In this document: positions 24,621-36,399 of the stretch, in pieces
How the letters are laid out: the number at the start of each line of letters is the position of its first letter
Numbering within the stretch: position 1 is the stretch's first letter
Assembly: GCF_001194135.2 (NCBI RefSeq)
Contig: NC_068998.1
Coordinates: 30,514,856 to 30,567,169, forward strand
Origin: Octopus bimaculoides
Taxonomy: Eukaryota
DNA: 52,314 nt
Direction: 5' to 3'
The notes under the pieces: generated by a model
The model's database searches: none
What the model was told of the DNA's origin: nothing
The model's input: only the letters and a program-made list of their open reading frames with translations
Made by a program: the position numbers and the translations under genes

Positions 24621-25294
24621 TTGCCTGTAAAGATTAGAAACACAAATGTCAGCTTCTACCTCTGTTTCGGAACAATCTATGGATGATTCCGATGATTTAG
24701 CTCAGAATTCTCTGGTCCATGCTACTTAATGAGTCCATGTTAGCTTCCCATACCATAATTTCCTAATTTTCTGGTGGATTATCCTATTGGAAGAGTGAGT
24801 TGGCTGCCATGTTTACATTGTGATGGGGGGGGGGGGGAAGGCATAGTCATGTGATGTGCTGGACCAATCAGCAGGCGCCATTCGCCAAGTGTAGCCAAAA
24901 AGGAGGCTCGATGTGCATTTGCTTGTTCAATATAGGTAAATTTTCTGGTTTTTTACACTGGAGAGTTCCAGTGTTTCATAATCTTATGCTAATGACGGTA
25001 TAGTAGATGTCTGTAGTTGTCTACTGGTGTGTGGGACATAGTAAAAATGGCGGATTTATGATGTGTTGTCAGTGCTCAAACATTGACTATTTTTGTGCAT
25101 AATACATCGAAAATTGATACTTTCCAGCTAGACATGGTCTCATAAAACATCAATTTTAAGTAAGAAGACATATTTTTTTGTTTTGCTGTGTTTGTACATG
25201 AACGAGAAGGCTTTGTGGGACCGAAAAACACTGTCATCTCAATTTAGACAATCCTACCAAAAACTGTCATATTGATATTTCATGACCCTTTACA

Positions 25295-27030
25295 ATGGAT
25301 AAATATTTGAAAAGAAAGATATTAGTGATGAGTTTAAGTCCAGAGGCGAACAACCATCAACCTCTATTGTCAAAAAGAGAAACATTAATTGACAATACTG
25401 TGAAAATTATTTGAAATTTGGATTTTATTGGTCTGGTGATGTTGACAAACCAAGTTCATCATGCGTAGTGTGTAGTGAAACAATGTCAAATGAATCCAAT
25501 GTACCAAGTAAGTTAGAAAGACATTTTAATTTAAAGCATTCATCTCTGAAAGATAAAAAGCTTGATTACTTTCAGAGATTGTTAGAGCAGAAATCAAAAC
25601 TGAAGTTATCTTGAAAAAATAATGACCATGTCTGAACAAACCCTAGCATCAATTGAGGTGGCTGAAATGATAGCATTAACATCTAAATCCCATACGCTTG
25701 CTGAGTCAGTCATCCTCCCAGCTTGCAAAAAGATGGTAAAATCTATGTTTGGTGAAAAGGCTGAGAAGGAATTGAACAATATCCCACTTTCAAATGATAC
25801 AATACGTAGAAGAATACTAGATATATCGAAAAATATTGAAGACAATGTTCAGAAAAAGCTTAAGAATTCTAATTTTGCTTTAACCATGGATGAATCCAGT
25901 GACATCAGTAATAAAAGCCAATTGCTTGCATTTGTACATTTTATTGACGAGAATGAAATAATCAACCAATTTTTGTGCTGTAAAGAAATGTCCACAACTA
26001 CAAGAGGCCAAGATATTTTTGATTTGATAACAGGCTACCTCAAAGAAATGAACTTGTCTTGGAGGTCCTGTGTTGGTATTTGTACCGATGAAGCTCCATG
26101 CATGACAGGCTGCATTAAAGAATTTATATCCTTCGTAGAAAAAGAAAATCCAAATCTCATTTGTACTCATTGCTTTCCACATAGAGAAGTTCTTGTTTCA
26201 AAAAAATTGCAGGAAGATTTAAAGGTTGTGTTATATCAAGTTGTTGGAATGATCAATTATATAAAAAGTAAGCCATTGAAGTCATGTTTATTTGAACAAC
26301 TGTGCAAAGAGATGGACTCTCAGCATGTTAAGTTATTAATGCACACTGAGGTTTGCTAGCTGTTGAAAGGCAAGTTACTATGTTGTGTTCATGAGCTGCA
26401 CAAAGAATTACTATAATTTTTTCTCCAGGAAAAGCAAGAAAAATTCCTAACAGAAATATTTAGTGAACTAAATAAAACAGTAGTATACAAGGTAAAAACG
26501 AAAATATTCTCACTTCAAGTTTGGTGCCCTCAAAAAGAAAATTGTGATTTTGAAAAAAAGAGCAATCACTGGCAATCTTGATATGTTCCCTTTATTGCGT
26601 TCTACCTGCATTAGAGAAATGATCCTTATTATGGTTACTCATCTGATGGCCCTGAACAAAAGCATCATTAAAGACAGAAAAGTATGATTGGATTTGAGAT
26701 TCTTTCATAAATCATTCTTCCAACATTGAACTTGAATTACAGGAAGAAGAATTGGCCACCCTTTCTAGTGACAGCGGGTTAAAATTAAAACATTTGACTT
26801 TGCCCATTGATTCATTTTGGATTTCAATTCAAGAGGAGTATCCCATATTATGTAAAAAAGCTTTAGCAACTTTATATATGTGAATTAGGGTTCTCAACAT
26901 TAAACAACATCAAAAACAAGAAGTGCAAGAGATTACATACAATGGAAGAAGAAATGAGAGTGTGTCTGTCTCATATTTAACCAAACATTGAGGAAATTAT
27001 GCATAAAAGCCTGGCACAAATTTCTCACTA
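25295..27030 (+). pseudogene. Buster-family (ZBED5/ZBED8/SCAND3-like) transposase, disrupted
   Basis: CVVCSETMSNES..PSKLERHFNLKH; FALTMDESSDIS; GICTDEAPCMTG; THCFPHRE. Confidence 0.9.
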
Positions 27031-27689
27031 AAGAAGCCAGCTAAAGAAGACTGATGAAATTCAAAACAATGCAATAAAATAAGTTCATAGCTGTGTTTTC
27101 CTTTATTTAGTTTGAGTCATTCTATGTGTCTATAACTACTCTGTGTCTAACGGTTGTATGTCGTCTATGACTTCACATATTTTTATTTTGCAAAATTCAA
27201 ATATTTTTCATATATATTTAGCCAGGTGTGCTGCTATTTTATCATGTGTTCCAAAGTGTGCTGTTGGCAAAAACAGGTTGAGAACCATTGCTTTATGTGA
27301 ATAAACTTTGTAAATACAATCTGTAATTGTAACAGAAGAAATATGCAAGACTTTTCTAAAATTCAACAAGGAACTGTTCACAATGTTGTTATTCATTTTA
27401 GTAAGGGAGCTTCATTTCTTTGTTTAACAGCAGCTCCACAATAGAAAAAATAAGACAATATACATACATGTGTATACTTCACAAACAAGATATGCTACTC
27501 AGTGTAGACAATAATAAAACAAGTTGTTAAAAAGTATTTCATTACTAACTTCTACACAATAAGTAAAAATATTTCAATGACAAAATGCTATAACACACAT
27601 AATATATATATGATGACAAGGAACAGAAACTTGCGATGACTTGCTGTACTTGAAAAGACACGTCAAGCTAAATAAACTTGTGGCCATCT

Positions 27690-27975
27690 GTAACTTTGCG
27701 GGTACTGGTGCCATGTAAAATGCACTTGTGCCAGTGCAACTTAAAATGCACTCACGCCAGTGCTACATAAATACACCCATGCTGGTGACATGTAAAAAGG
27801 CACCCAACATACTCTGTAAAGCGATTGGTGTTAGGAGGGGCATCTAGGCATAGAAATTATGCCAAAACAAGACAATTGAAGTCTGGACAGCTCTCTGACA
27901 GGCCTCCTCTTGTCAAACCATTCAACTCATGCTAGCATGGAAAATGAACATTAAATGATGATGATAATGATGATA
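27690..27975 (+). mobile_element. RTE-type 3' tail only, ending in (GAT)n
   Basis: gggcatctaggcatagaaa...catgctagcatggaaaatgaacattaaatgatgatg, matching 29860-30003. Confidence 0.75.
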
Positions 27976-28092
27976 TACACATATATATGTCATCTAATCT
28001 ATAGATTTTCTATAGAATGTAAACCTAGTACTGTAAGTTAGGATACATTATTTACATTTGACGGATATTTATCCTCATCTTGTTTGCTGTTA

Positions 28093-28136
28093 ACACAACA
28101 TTTTGGCTGATATATGCTCCTGCCTTCATCAGGTGT
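28093..28136 (-). ncRNA. Decayed minimal hammerhead in a PLE-like terminal fragment (~28050-28150)
   Basis: Minus strand: acac-CTGATGA-A ggc..gcc-AAAAT-GTT-gtgt. GAAAC is mutated. Confidence 0.45.
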
Positions 28137-28217
28137 CTTTGGGAAATTCTTCCGTGTATATATATATATTATGTGTATGTATATGTATATATGTATATAT
28201 AAATATATATATATATT

Positions 28218-30003
28218 ATGACATGGAGAAAGCTTTTGACAGGGTCAGTAAGGTGAGGGTTGGCAACAAGTACAGTGAAGAATTCCGGGTAGAGGTAGGG
28301 GTCCACCAAGGTTCAGTGCTCAGCACCCTCTTATTTATCATAGTCCTCCAGGCAATAACACAGGAATTCAAGACAGGATGCCCCTGGGAGTTCCTCTGTG
28401 CTGATGACCTTGCACTAATTGCTGAGTCACTATCAGAACTAGAGGAGGAGTTTCAGGTGTGGAAGCAAGGACTAGAATCGAAGGGCCTTAGAGTCAACCT
28501 AGCAAAAGCAAAAGTCTTAATAAGTTGGAAGGCAGACAAACCATGAATCCCATCAGGTAGATGGCCCTGCTTGATCTGCAGAAAAGGCGTAGGTAGAAAC
28601 TCTATAAGATGTACCCACTGTAAGCTATGGACACATAAGAGGTGCAGCAATATCACAGAAAGGTTAACTAGGAAGTTAGTTTTTCTATGTGGCAGATGTT
28701 TAGGAGCAATAAACACTGAAAATGTGCAGAAAAGAACTTCTGTCACATTCCAGGGAGAAAAACTAGACGTAGTTGATAGCTTCCGCTATCTAGGTGACCA
28801 AGTGGGGGAGGGTGCACTGAAAGTGTAGCTGCTAGAATAAGAATAGCCTGGGCAAAGTTCAGAAAACTCTTACCTCTGCTGGTGACAAAGGGCCTCTCAC
28901 TCAGAGTAAAAGGCAGGCTGTATGACGCATGCGTACGAACAGCCATGCTACATGGCAGTAAAACATGGGCCATGACTGCTGGGGACATGTGTAAGCTCAC
29001 AAGGAATGAAGCCAGTATGCTCCGATGGATGTGTAATGTCAGTGTGCATACTTGGCAGAGTGTAAGTACCTTGAGAGAAAAGTTGAACCTAAGAAGCATC
29101 AGTTGTGGTGTGCAAGAGAGACGATTGCGTTGGTATGGTCATGTGGCGAGAATGGATGAGGATAGCTGTGTGAAAAAGTGCCACACCCTAGCGGTTGAGG
29201 GAACCTGTGGAAGAGGTAGACTCAGGAAGACCTGGGATGAGGTGGTGAAGCACGACCTTCGAACATTAGGCCTCACCGAGGCAATGACTTGTGACTGAGA
29301 CCTTTGGAAATATGCAGTGCTTGAGACCATAACCTGAGGCCTTTGCCAGGGGTGTAGCCAGCCCACTTATGCATACCTTTCCTTCATTGGACACTAAACT
29401 CCACTTGCGAAGACCTGTTGAGGCAAGTGAAATTGAAATCGAACTAAATTCGACGACTGGCACCCATGCCAACGTCTCCTTCATTGGACACTAAACTCGG
29501 CTTGTGAAGACCTGTTGGGGCAAGTGAAAGCGAAATCTTGATGGCACCTGTACCAGTGGAGCGCTAAGAGCACCGTCCAAGTGTGATCGTTGCCAGAGCA
29601 GCTGTCTGGCTTCCGTGCCAGTGGCACGTAAATAGCACCATTTGAATGTAATCGTTACCAGCATCGCCTTCCAGGCACTTGTACCAGTGGCACGTGAAAA
29701 GACATTTGAGCGAGGTCATTGCCAGTGACACTGGACTGGCTCCTGTGCAGGTGGCACATAAAATACACCATTTTTAGCATGGCCATTGCCAGTACTGCCT
29801 GACTGGCCTTTGTGCCAGTGGCATGTAAAAGCACCCACTACACTCTCGGAGTGGTTGGCGTTAAGAAGGGCATCCAGCTGTAGAAACTCTGCCAAATCAG
29901 ATTGGAGCCTGGTGTAGCCATCTGGTTCACCAGTCCTCAGTCAAATCGTCCAACCCATGCTAGCTTGGAAAGCGGACGTTAAACGATGATGATGATGATG
30001 ATG
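28218..30003 (+). mobile_element. RTE-clade LINE, 5'-truncated, with long structured 3' UTR and (GAT)n tail
   Basis: MEKAFDRV, GVHQGSVLS, LCADDL, CTHCKLWTHKRCS, LRWYGHV, GRGRLRKTW. Confidence 0.92.
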
Positions 30004-30005
30004 AT

Positions 30006-31250
30006 ATATTGGGTTGGCAACTAAGTTCCCGATGTTTTTTTAAATTTTGGAATTTATTGCGTTTTTAAATTTTGGAATCTATTTTTTTTTGAGAATTCTA
30101 TTTTTGAATCATTTTGGAATCTATTTTGTTTTTTTTTTTCTAATTAATTTTAGTTAATTTTTGTTTATTTCCAGATCATTAAAATGGAATGTCAAGTTAA
30201 GAAAAACGAGCATTTTGGACACCTCCTTCTTTTTGGTTTTAATCAAGGTTATAAGGCCGCAAAAGCTGCTCGCGACATTTGTGCTGTCTATGGACAGGGT
30301 GCCATAGATGAAAGAACCGCTCGTGATTCATATGCCAAGTTCAAAAAGGGAAATTTTGACCTCAAAGACGCACCTTGTTCTGGCTGTCCAGTTGAATTCG
30401 ATGAAGAGCGATTAAACCAACTTTTGTACAAAAATTCTCGTCAAACGACAAGGGAACTGGTAGAGAAAATGGAATGCTCCCACACTGCTATAGAGAAGCA
30501 TCTTCACTTGATGAGAAAAGTTCAGAAGTATGGAGCATGGGTTCCGCATGCTTTAAGTGACAACAACAAAAATCAATGAGCTACAATTTCTACTGGTTTG
30601 CTTGCTCATCACTGCTCAACTCATGGACACAAGCAATGATTTCTTTACTGAATCGTTACTGGCGATGATAAATGAAACAGCGTAAGGAATGGCTTAGCCC
30701 TGGTAAACAAGCAACACCGCGCGTGAAACAAGATCTTCATCTGTGTAAAACGATGTTGTGTGTATGGTGGGACTAGGCAGGGATTATTCATTACGAATTG
30801 CTTGAATGGAACCAAACGGTCAATGCAGAACTCTATGTTCAACAGATGGAACGACTCAACACTGCTATTCAAGAGAAAATACCTAATCAGCAGCATGGAG
30901 TTCTTCTGCCGCACAACAACACCTGCCTTCATATTGCCAATATGACCAGGGAAGCTATTCAAACACATGGCTGGGAAGTGCTGCCACACCCACCATACTC
31001 TTCTGATTTGGCACCAATGGATTTCCACCTCTTTCAAATGCTATGCGCAGAGTTTCGTTCAATACTGATGCAGAATTGAGAGCTTGGTTGGATCAATTTT
31101 TCGAGTCGAAATCGGGTGATTTCTACCAACGAGGTATTGAAAATCTTGTTGAATGTTGGGAAGAAGTTGTAAACAACAAGGGTGAATACATTATTGATTA
31201 ATTAGTTGTTATTTTTTATTAAACCTTTTAAAAAATTTAAATTTAAGAAA
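30006..31250 (+). mobile_element. Mariner element with disrupted transposase
   Basis: Starts at TA with tattgggttggc; AARDICAVYG, WVPHAL, IVTGDDK, HPPYSSDLAP. Confidence 0.92.
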
Positions 31251-31424
31251 ACAGCGAGATTTGTTAATTCAATACTGTAGCCTACTGAGTACTAACAGCA
31301 CTTTAAATAGATTTTAGGGGCAAAGTATTGATTTAATAAACTTACAATACACTTAGTGTATTATGGTAACAAAATGTTATGGTAACAATAATGTTGCTGT
31401 GCAAGCAGTTATATATACCCATGC

Positions 31425-32460
31425 ACAGGAGCTGGCTGAAAAGTTCATAGACTGACCAAGATACTATCATGGAATGTGACCAAATGAGCTTTATTTTTCA
31501 ACATAGTCTCCCATGCAGTGAACACACTTTGTTCATCAGTGTTGCAGTGCTTGGATCCCATTGGTGAAGCTTTTGTCCTGTTGGTCAAAAAAGTGATCAA
31601 CAGCAGATATAACATCATCACTGATATTGGTTCTTAGTCAAGTGTTTTTTTTATGTCAGGGAATAGGTGATAGATGGAGCCAAATCAGGAGAATAAAGAG
31701 GGTGATCAATTAGTTCAAAGCCACAGTCATGCACAACAGCAATTGAAACCAAGAATTAGTGTACTGGAGCATTGTCCTGATGAAACAAAACAAGAGCCTT
31801 TTATTGGGCATTTGGTCTTGATCGCCTTTCATAATTGCCCCAGCAAGTTGGCACAGTACTCTCCATTGATGGTGTGGCCCCTTTGAAGATGATCAATAAA
31901 CACAATGCCTTTCGTATCCAAAAAAGAAAAAAAAAAATCACCATACCCGCAGATGAAACAGCCTTGGCTTTCTTTGGAGCAGATGAGGAGGGGTGTTTCC
32001 ACTGCACAGATTATGCTTTTGTCTCTGGCTCAAACAATGTCAAATTTTCCCAAGATGTGATCAGCCTGGTGTGCTTTTGATTAGGTGTCAGAAGATGTGA
32101 CACCCACCGAACAGAAACCTTTGTCATGCTAAGTTTATTGTGTAGAATATTCTCAACTCTCTCACAGGATATGCTAATAGCATTGCCTATTTGATTTATA
32201 GTCAATCATCCATTACCATGTGAACATGATCAATGTTTTTGTTAGTGGTGGCAGTTGCAGGATGTCCAAATCTTGGGTCATCTTCAAGACTCTCCCTATC
32301 CATCCTAAATTCAGCTGCCCACTTTTGCACTGTTGATAACGTTGGAGCGTCATCCCCTGATGTAGCAACCATGTCAGCATGAATGTTCTTAGGGGTTAAA
32401 CCCTTTTTCTGTAGATACTAGATGACACAACAATGCCAAATTTTGTCCATTTTCAAGAGA
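31425..32460 (-). mobile_element. Second mariner remnant (different subfamily)
   Basis: KVSVRWVSHLLT, SAPKKAKAVSSAGMV; terminus ggctggctgaaaagttcata. Confidence 0.85.
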
Positions 32461-33097
32461 TTCAATTGGATTTCCCCTCCCTTTCAAGATATAATGAACC
32501 ACAACAACTATCATTGACATAGAACTTTCTTCCACTGTTACATATGTTTAATCTATTTCTCTCCAATGACAGAATACTCAGCATATGGAATCTTTGCTCG
32601 ACATGATGTTCCAATAACTGGAATATCCTAAAAACAACTGTCAGAGACTATCCATACCTTTTATTATATAACTAAATTAAATTAAATGTCCTCATCAAGT
32701 CTTGCCAAATTGCTTGCCTTTCCTTTTTACTTTAACCTATACCTACTGACTCAAAGGAAAGCCACTTTTGGTCACTTTGGATAAGGCAGTCACAAAATCA
32801 CAACTTCAACTGCATTTCAAACAGGAATTTTAGTGACATACCAATTTGAGCACTCGGAATGCATACCCATTAGTTTGAGTCACCCAGGCGAAAACTCCTC
32901 ATATCTTCATATGGAAGTTACTGTGTTCTATATGTGTTGCTATGATTTATAAAAAAAATATTTTAAACTGGTGAGAATATCAATAACTAACTGAAATTTA
33001 AACCAGATATTGCCTTGACATTTACACCTTAAATTCAGGTACCTCCCTTTTGTGTAGCAGATACTATCCTATCCAACACCTGCATGAAAGTATTTAA

Positions 33098-33314
33098 CCC
33101 TTTAGCATTTAAACCAGCCATATATGGCCCAGACATTCAATCTGTTTCATGTTCAAACCAGCCAGATCCTGTTTCTCACATCTATACTATAATGTCATTC
33201 TAAAAATAAACAATCACATCAAAATCTCAAATTTATGAGATAATGCATGATCAATTCAAAACAATGTAAATAGATAAACATTACACTTCAGAGATTAATC
33301 TGAATGCTAAAGGG
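33098..33314. mobile_element. piggyBac-type MITE with TTAA TSD
   Basis: ttaa|ccctttagcatt ... aatgctaaaggg|ttaa. Confidence 0.9.
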
Positions 33315-33334
33315 TTAAATTTTTTCCCATGCAG

Positions 33335-33424
33335 GTGCAGAAATCTCAAGGCCTGCTCACGGCTACTGTTAAGCAACAGAACTTTCAATATGAAAATTTG
33401 GTATATTTCCTCTATGCACATTTG
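33335..33424 (+). CDS. Candidate 90-nt internal exon (VQKSQGLLTATVKQQNFQYENLVYFLYAHL)
   Basis: Acceptor tttttcccatgcag|, donor TTG|gtaagc. No partner exon or homology recognised. Confidence 0.4.
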
Positions 33425-33614
33425 GTAAGCTTCCCTTCTGCTATATAAGGTACAGCTGTGCAAATTCTTTTCTCATTCTATACTAAGTCTAATGTTTTTA
33501 TCCATAAGTGATCGGATGAACTTGTTCAAGCTAGTGTTATTTATCTTAATTCTATCCTCCAATGAATTTAAGCGGTTTGCCAATCTTGATTTGAAGTTTG
33601 ACACACACACACAC

Positions 33615-33990
33615 ACAGGTGCAGGAGTGGCTGTGTGGTAAGTAGCTTACTTACCAACCACATGATTCTGTGAGTGGATTTGGTAGAAGGAAACTGAAAC
33701 AAACCGGTCGTGTATATGTGTGTGTGGGGGGGTGGGGGTGGAGGTGTTTGTGTGGGTGTGTGTGTGTTTGTCCTCCCACCATCACTTGACAACCGATGCT
33801 GGAGTGTTTACATCCATATATATATACACACATATATGATATACATATATATATGTACAGATATAGGTGCAGGAGTGGCTGTGTGGTAAGTAGCTTGCTT
33901 ACCAACCACATGGTTCCAGGTTCAGTCCCACTGCATGGCACCTTGGGCAAGTGTCTTCTACTATAGCCTCGGGCCGACCAAAGCCTTGTG
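33615..33990 (+). mobile_element. Two partial tRNA-derived SINE heads with a microsatellite linker
   Basis: ggtgcaggagtggctgtgtggtaagtagctt at ~33618 and ~33866. Confidence 0.8.
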
Positions 33991-33991
33991 A

Positions 33992-34975
33992 ATGAATTTG
34001 GTAGACATTAATAATTATTCTTCTTCAATTAATCCCATTGTATTAAATAGTGCACTTATTTTTGCTAAGAAAAATTCTAACCTAAGTTTAAGAGAAATTA
34101 AAGTTATTTTGGAAGCTAGGAAGTCTATCTTTCTATTCAATAACAAGTACTGGGCCAGAAAAAATACTACTGATTATTTTCACATAACCATGGGCGCAGC
34201 CGATTCAGCCCAAGTTACTGACTTAGTAGGTATTTACTATATCATTTCCATAATGAATTCCCGGAAATTAAAGGTGGTCTCTATAGAGATGATGCACTAT
34301 TTTTGATCAATAGTAAATCCAATAGAAAAATAAACCTACATATGAAAAAGTTCCATAATTTCTTTAAATATTTGGTCTACCTATCTTAATAGAAAATGAA
34401 CATGATTCAGTTAATTACCTGGATGTAAATCTGAACCTCGTTACTGGCCTATACAGTTCCTATCATAAACCCAATAGTAGTTTAAAATACATCAACTTTC
34501 ACAAGAAATCTGGTTGATAACATTTCGAGATGCATTTCCTATTTGTCATCTAATGAGGAAATCTTTAATAATAATGCAGAGTACTATAATAATGCACTTA
34601 AAAACGCAGGATACTGGAATAGTATAGTATATTGTAATAAGAATGGGAACTACAACAAATCTTATTATAATAATAGAAAACTGATTGACAACGAAGTGGG
34701 TGAATATAATAGTAGAAAGATATCCAATTTATTTGTAAATAGTAATGATATGATTAACAAAAGCATTAATATTAATAAGAACAAGAGTAGTAAATATACC
34801 CTGAATAGAAATAAATATTTAAATAAACTTAGGTCTAATGATAATAAATATACACCATATGCCAACCCAAATACACTCAATGATGTCAAGTAAAATAAAA
34901 ATAATTATATTTGGCTTATCATTCCTTATGCATGACAAATAAAAACGAATCTGGTCAAGCTATTTTACAGATCTA
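33992..34975 (+). mobile_element. Penelope-like element RT remnant
   Basis: FHITMGAADSAQVTDLVG, YRDDA, VNYLDVNL, YHKPN, SSNEEIFN..YYNNALKNAGY. Confidence 0.82.
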
Positions 34976-34994
34976 TATGTGTGTGTGTGTATGT

Positions 34995-35190
34995 TTGTGT
35001 CTTTATCCCCCCAACATCGCTTGACAACCGATGCGGGTGTGTTTATGTCCCCGTAACTTAGTGGTTTGTCAAAAGAGACTGATAGAATAGGTACTAGGCT
35101 TACAAGGAATAAGTCCTGGGGTTGATTTGTTTGACTAAAGGCAGTGCTCCAGCATGGCTGCAGTCAAATGACTGAAACAAATAAAAGAAT
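34995..35190 (+). mobile_element. SINE 3' half
   Basis: cttgacaaccgatg...gtgctccagcatggctgcagtcaaatgactgaaac; also present at 40960-41160. Confidence 0.75.
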
Positions 35191-35206
35191 ATATACATTA
35201 TATATA

Positions 35207-35500
35207 TCATCATCATCATCATTTAACACCAGTCTTCCATGCATGGGTAGATAGTTGACAGGAGCCAGCCAGGTAGAAAATGACTCCAGGCTACTGTGTC
35301 TGTTTTGGCAGTGTTTTTACAGCTGGATGCCATTCCAAACACCTACCACCCCGCAGAGTGGACTAGGTGCTTTTTATGTGGCACAAGCACAAGCAAGGTC
35401 AGTTTTGGCATGATTTTTACAGCTGGATGCCCTTCCAAATACCAACCACTTTACAATGTGGACTGGATGCTTTTTATGTGGCCCAGCACCAGCAAGGTTA
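35207..35500 (-). mobile_element. RTE-type 3' tail(s), partly duplicated
   Basis: (CAT)n then two copies of tttttacagctggatgcc. Confidence 0.7.
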
Positions 35501-35664
35501 CCAAGTAACTTGTAAGACAACGAATTTTGAGACGGGCGGGGGAATTGGAGGAGGGGATCTTGTGTCATACGATGAAAGGTTAGAGTATGACAGAGAGACA
35601 GGAAGGCAGAAACAGGTGTGCTGATGTAAAGGAGATATTTGATTACCTAACCAGAGAGAAAAGC

Positions 35665-35707
<43 letters not shown>

Positions 35708-35943
35708 ACAAGAATGAGGGCAGACACAAGGTGTGCTACAGTAGTGGAGATATATGGCTACAGATAGAAGAGCAAGGGAAAGAGTGCTAGAGAAAGCAGG
35801 AGAGAGATGGTGAAGTACCAAAGTATACTCAAAAGTAACAAGGATCAGAGAATAATGTGATGGCAGAGTAAGGTAGAGAGAGACAAATGGTGGCAATTGC
35901 CAGGGCATGCCTTCAAGGTAAGGAGGTCATAATATATGAGGCT

Positions 35944-36150
35944 AGGGCGGCGAGCTGGCAGAATCATTAGCACACTGGGAGAAATGCTTAGTGGCATTTT
36001 GTCTGCCGTTACAGTCTGAGTTCAAATTCCTCCAAGGTCGACTTTGCCTTTCATCCTTTCGGGGTCAATTAAATGTAATTGACTTAATCCCTTTGTCTGT
36101 CCTTGTTTGTCCCCTCTATGTTTAGCTCCCAGTGGGCAATAAAGAAATAA
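35944..36150 (+). mobile_element. tRNA-derived SINE with a Deu/Nin-like central domain and a Tx1-LINE-like 3' tail
   Basis: Head tggcagaatc...gagttcaaattcc; central gcctttcatcctttcggggtc; tail 36107-36148 matches 12521-12562 at 38/42 nt. Confidence 0.8.
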
Positions 36151-36399
36151 ATATATGAGGCTAGGTATTGCCAAGAAGGTGTGAATAGGTAGTGGGGGTT
36201 GCAGTGACTGGCAAAACTCTGGGTATAAAAAGGGGAGGGGCAATATAGCGAGCAGGGCAGTAAGGGTGGGGAAGGACAATTGGAAACAATCACAGTGTAT
36301 GAAGAGGAAATGTAAGGAAGAGAAAGATGCAGTTTAGAAGAGGAGATACAGTTCAGTTTCTTGGGGTAGGGTGTGTGAAAAGTTTATTCTTACATGTGG

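Larger units (their letters stand above)
23861..27290 (+). mobile_element. Buster/Charlie-type hAT transposon with TIRs and 8-bp TSD
   Basis: TIRs cagtgattctcaac and gttgagaaccattg. TSD gtttatgt/ctttatgt with a central TA. Confidence 0.92.

Noticed and set aside
24637-24720. Short acidic ORF MSASTSVSEQSMDDSDD
   Set aside because: 27 aa, lies inside the hAT; probably a transposon remnant.
29550-29840. CRISPR-like repeat-spacer appearance
   Set aside because: The context is eukaryotic, the variable parts are only 8-10 nt, the repeats are degenerate, there are no cas genes, and the array lies in a LINE 3' UTR.
32535-32617. Possible upstream exon of the minus-strand gene (IFQLLEHHVEQRFH...)
   Set aside because: Phase-compatible but with a weak donor and equally plausible readings on the other strand.
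33960-34020. SINE-PLE fusion as a new chimeric element
   Set aside because: Single junction with short microhomology (gac), most simply a deletion.
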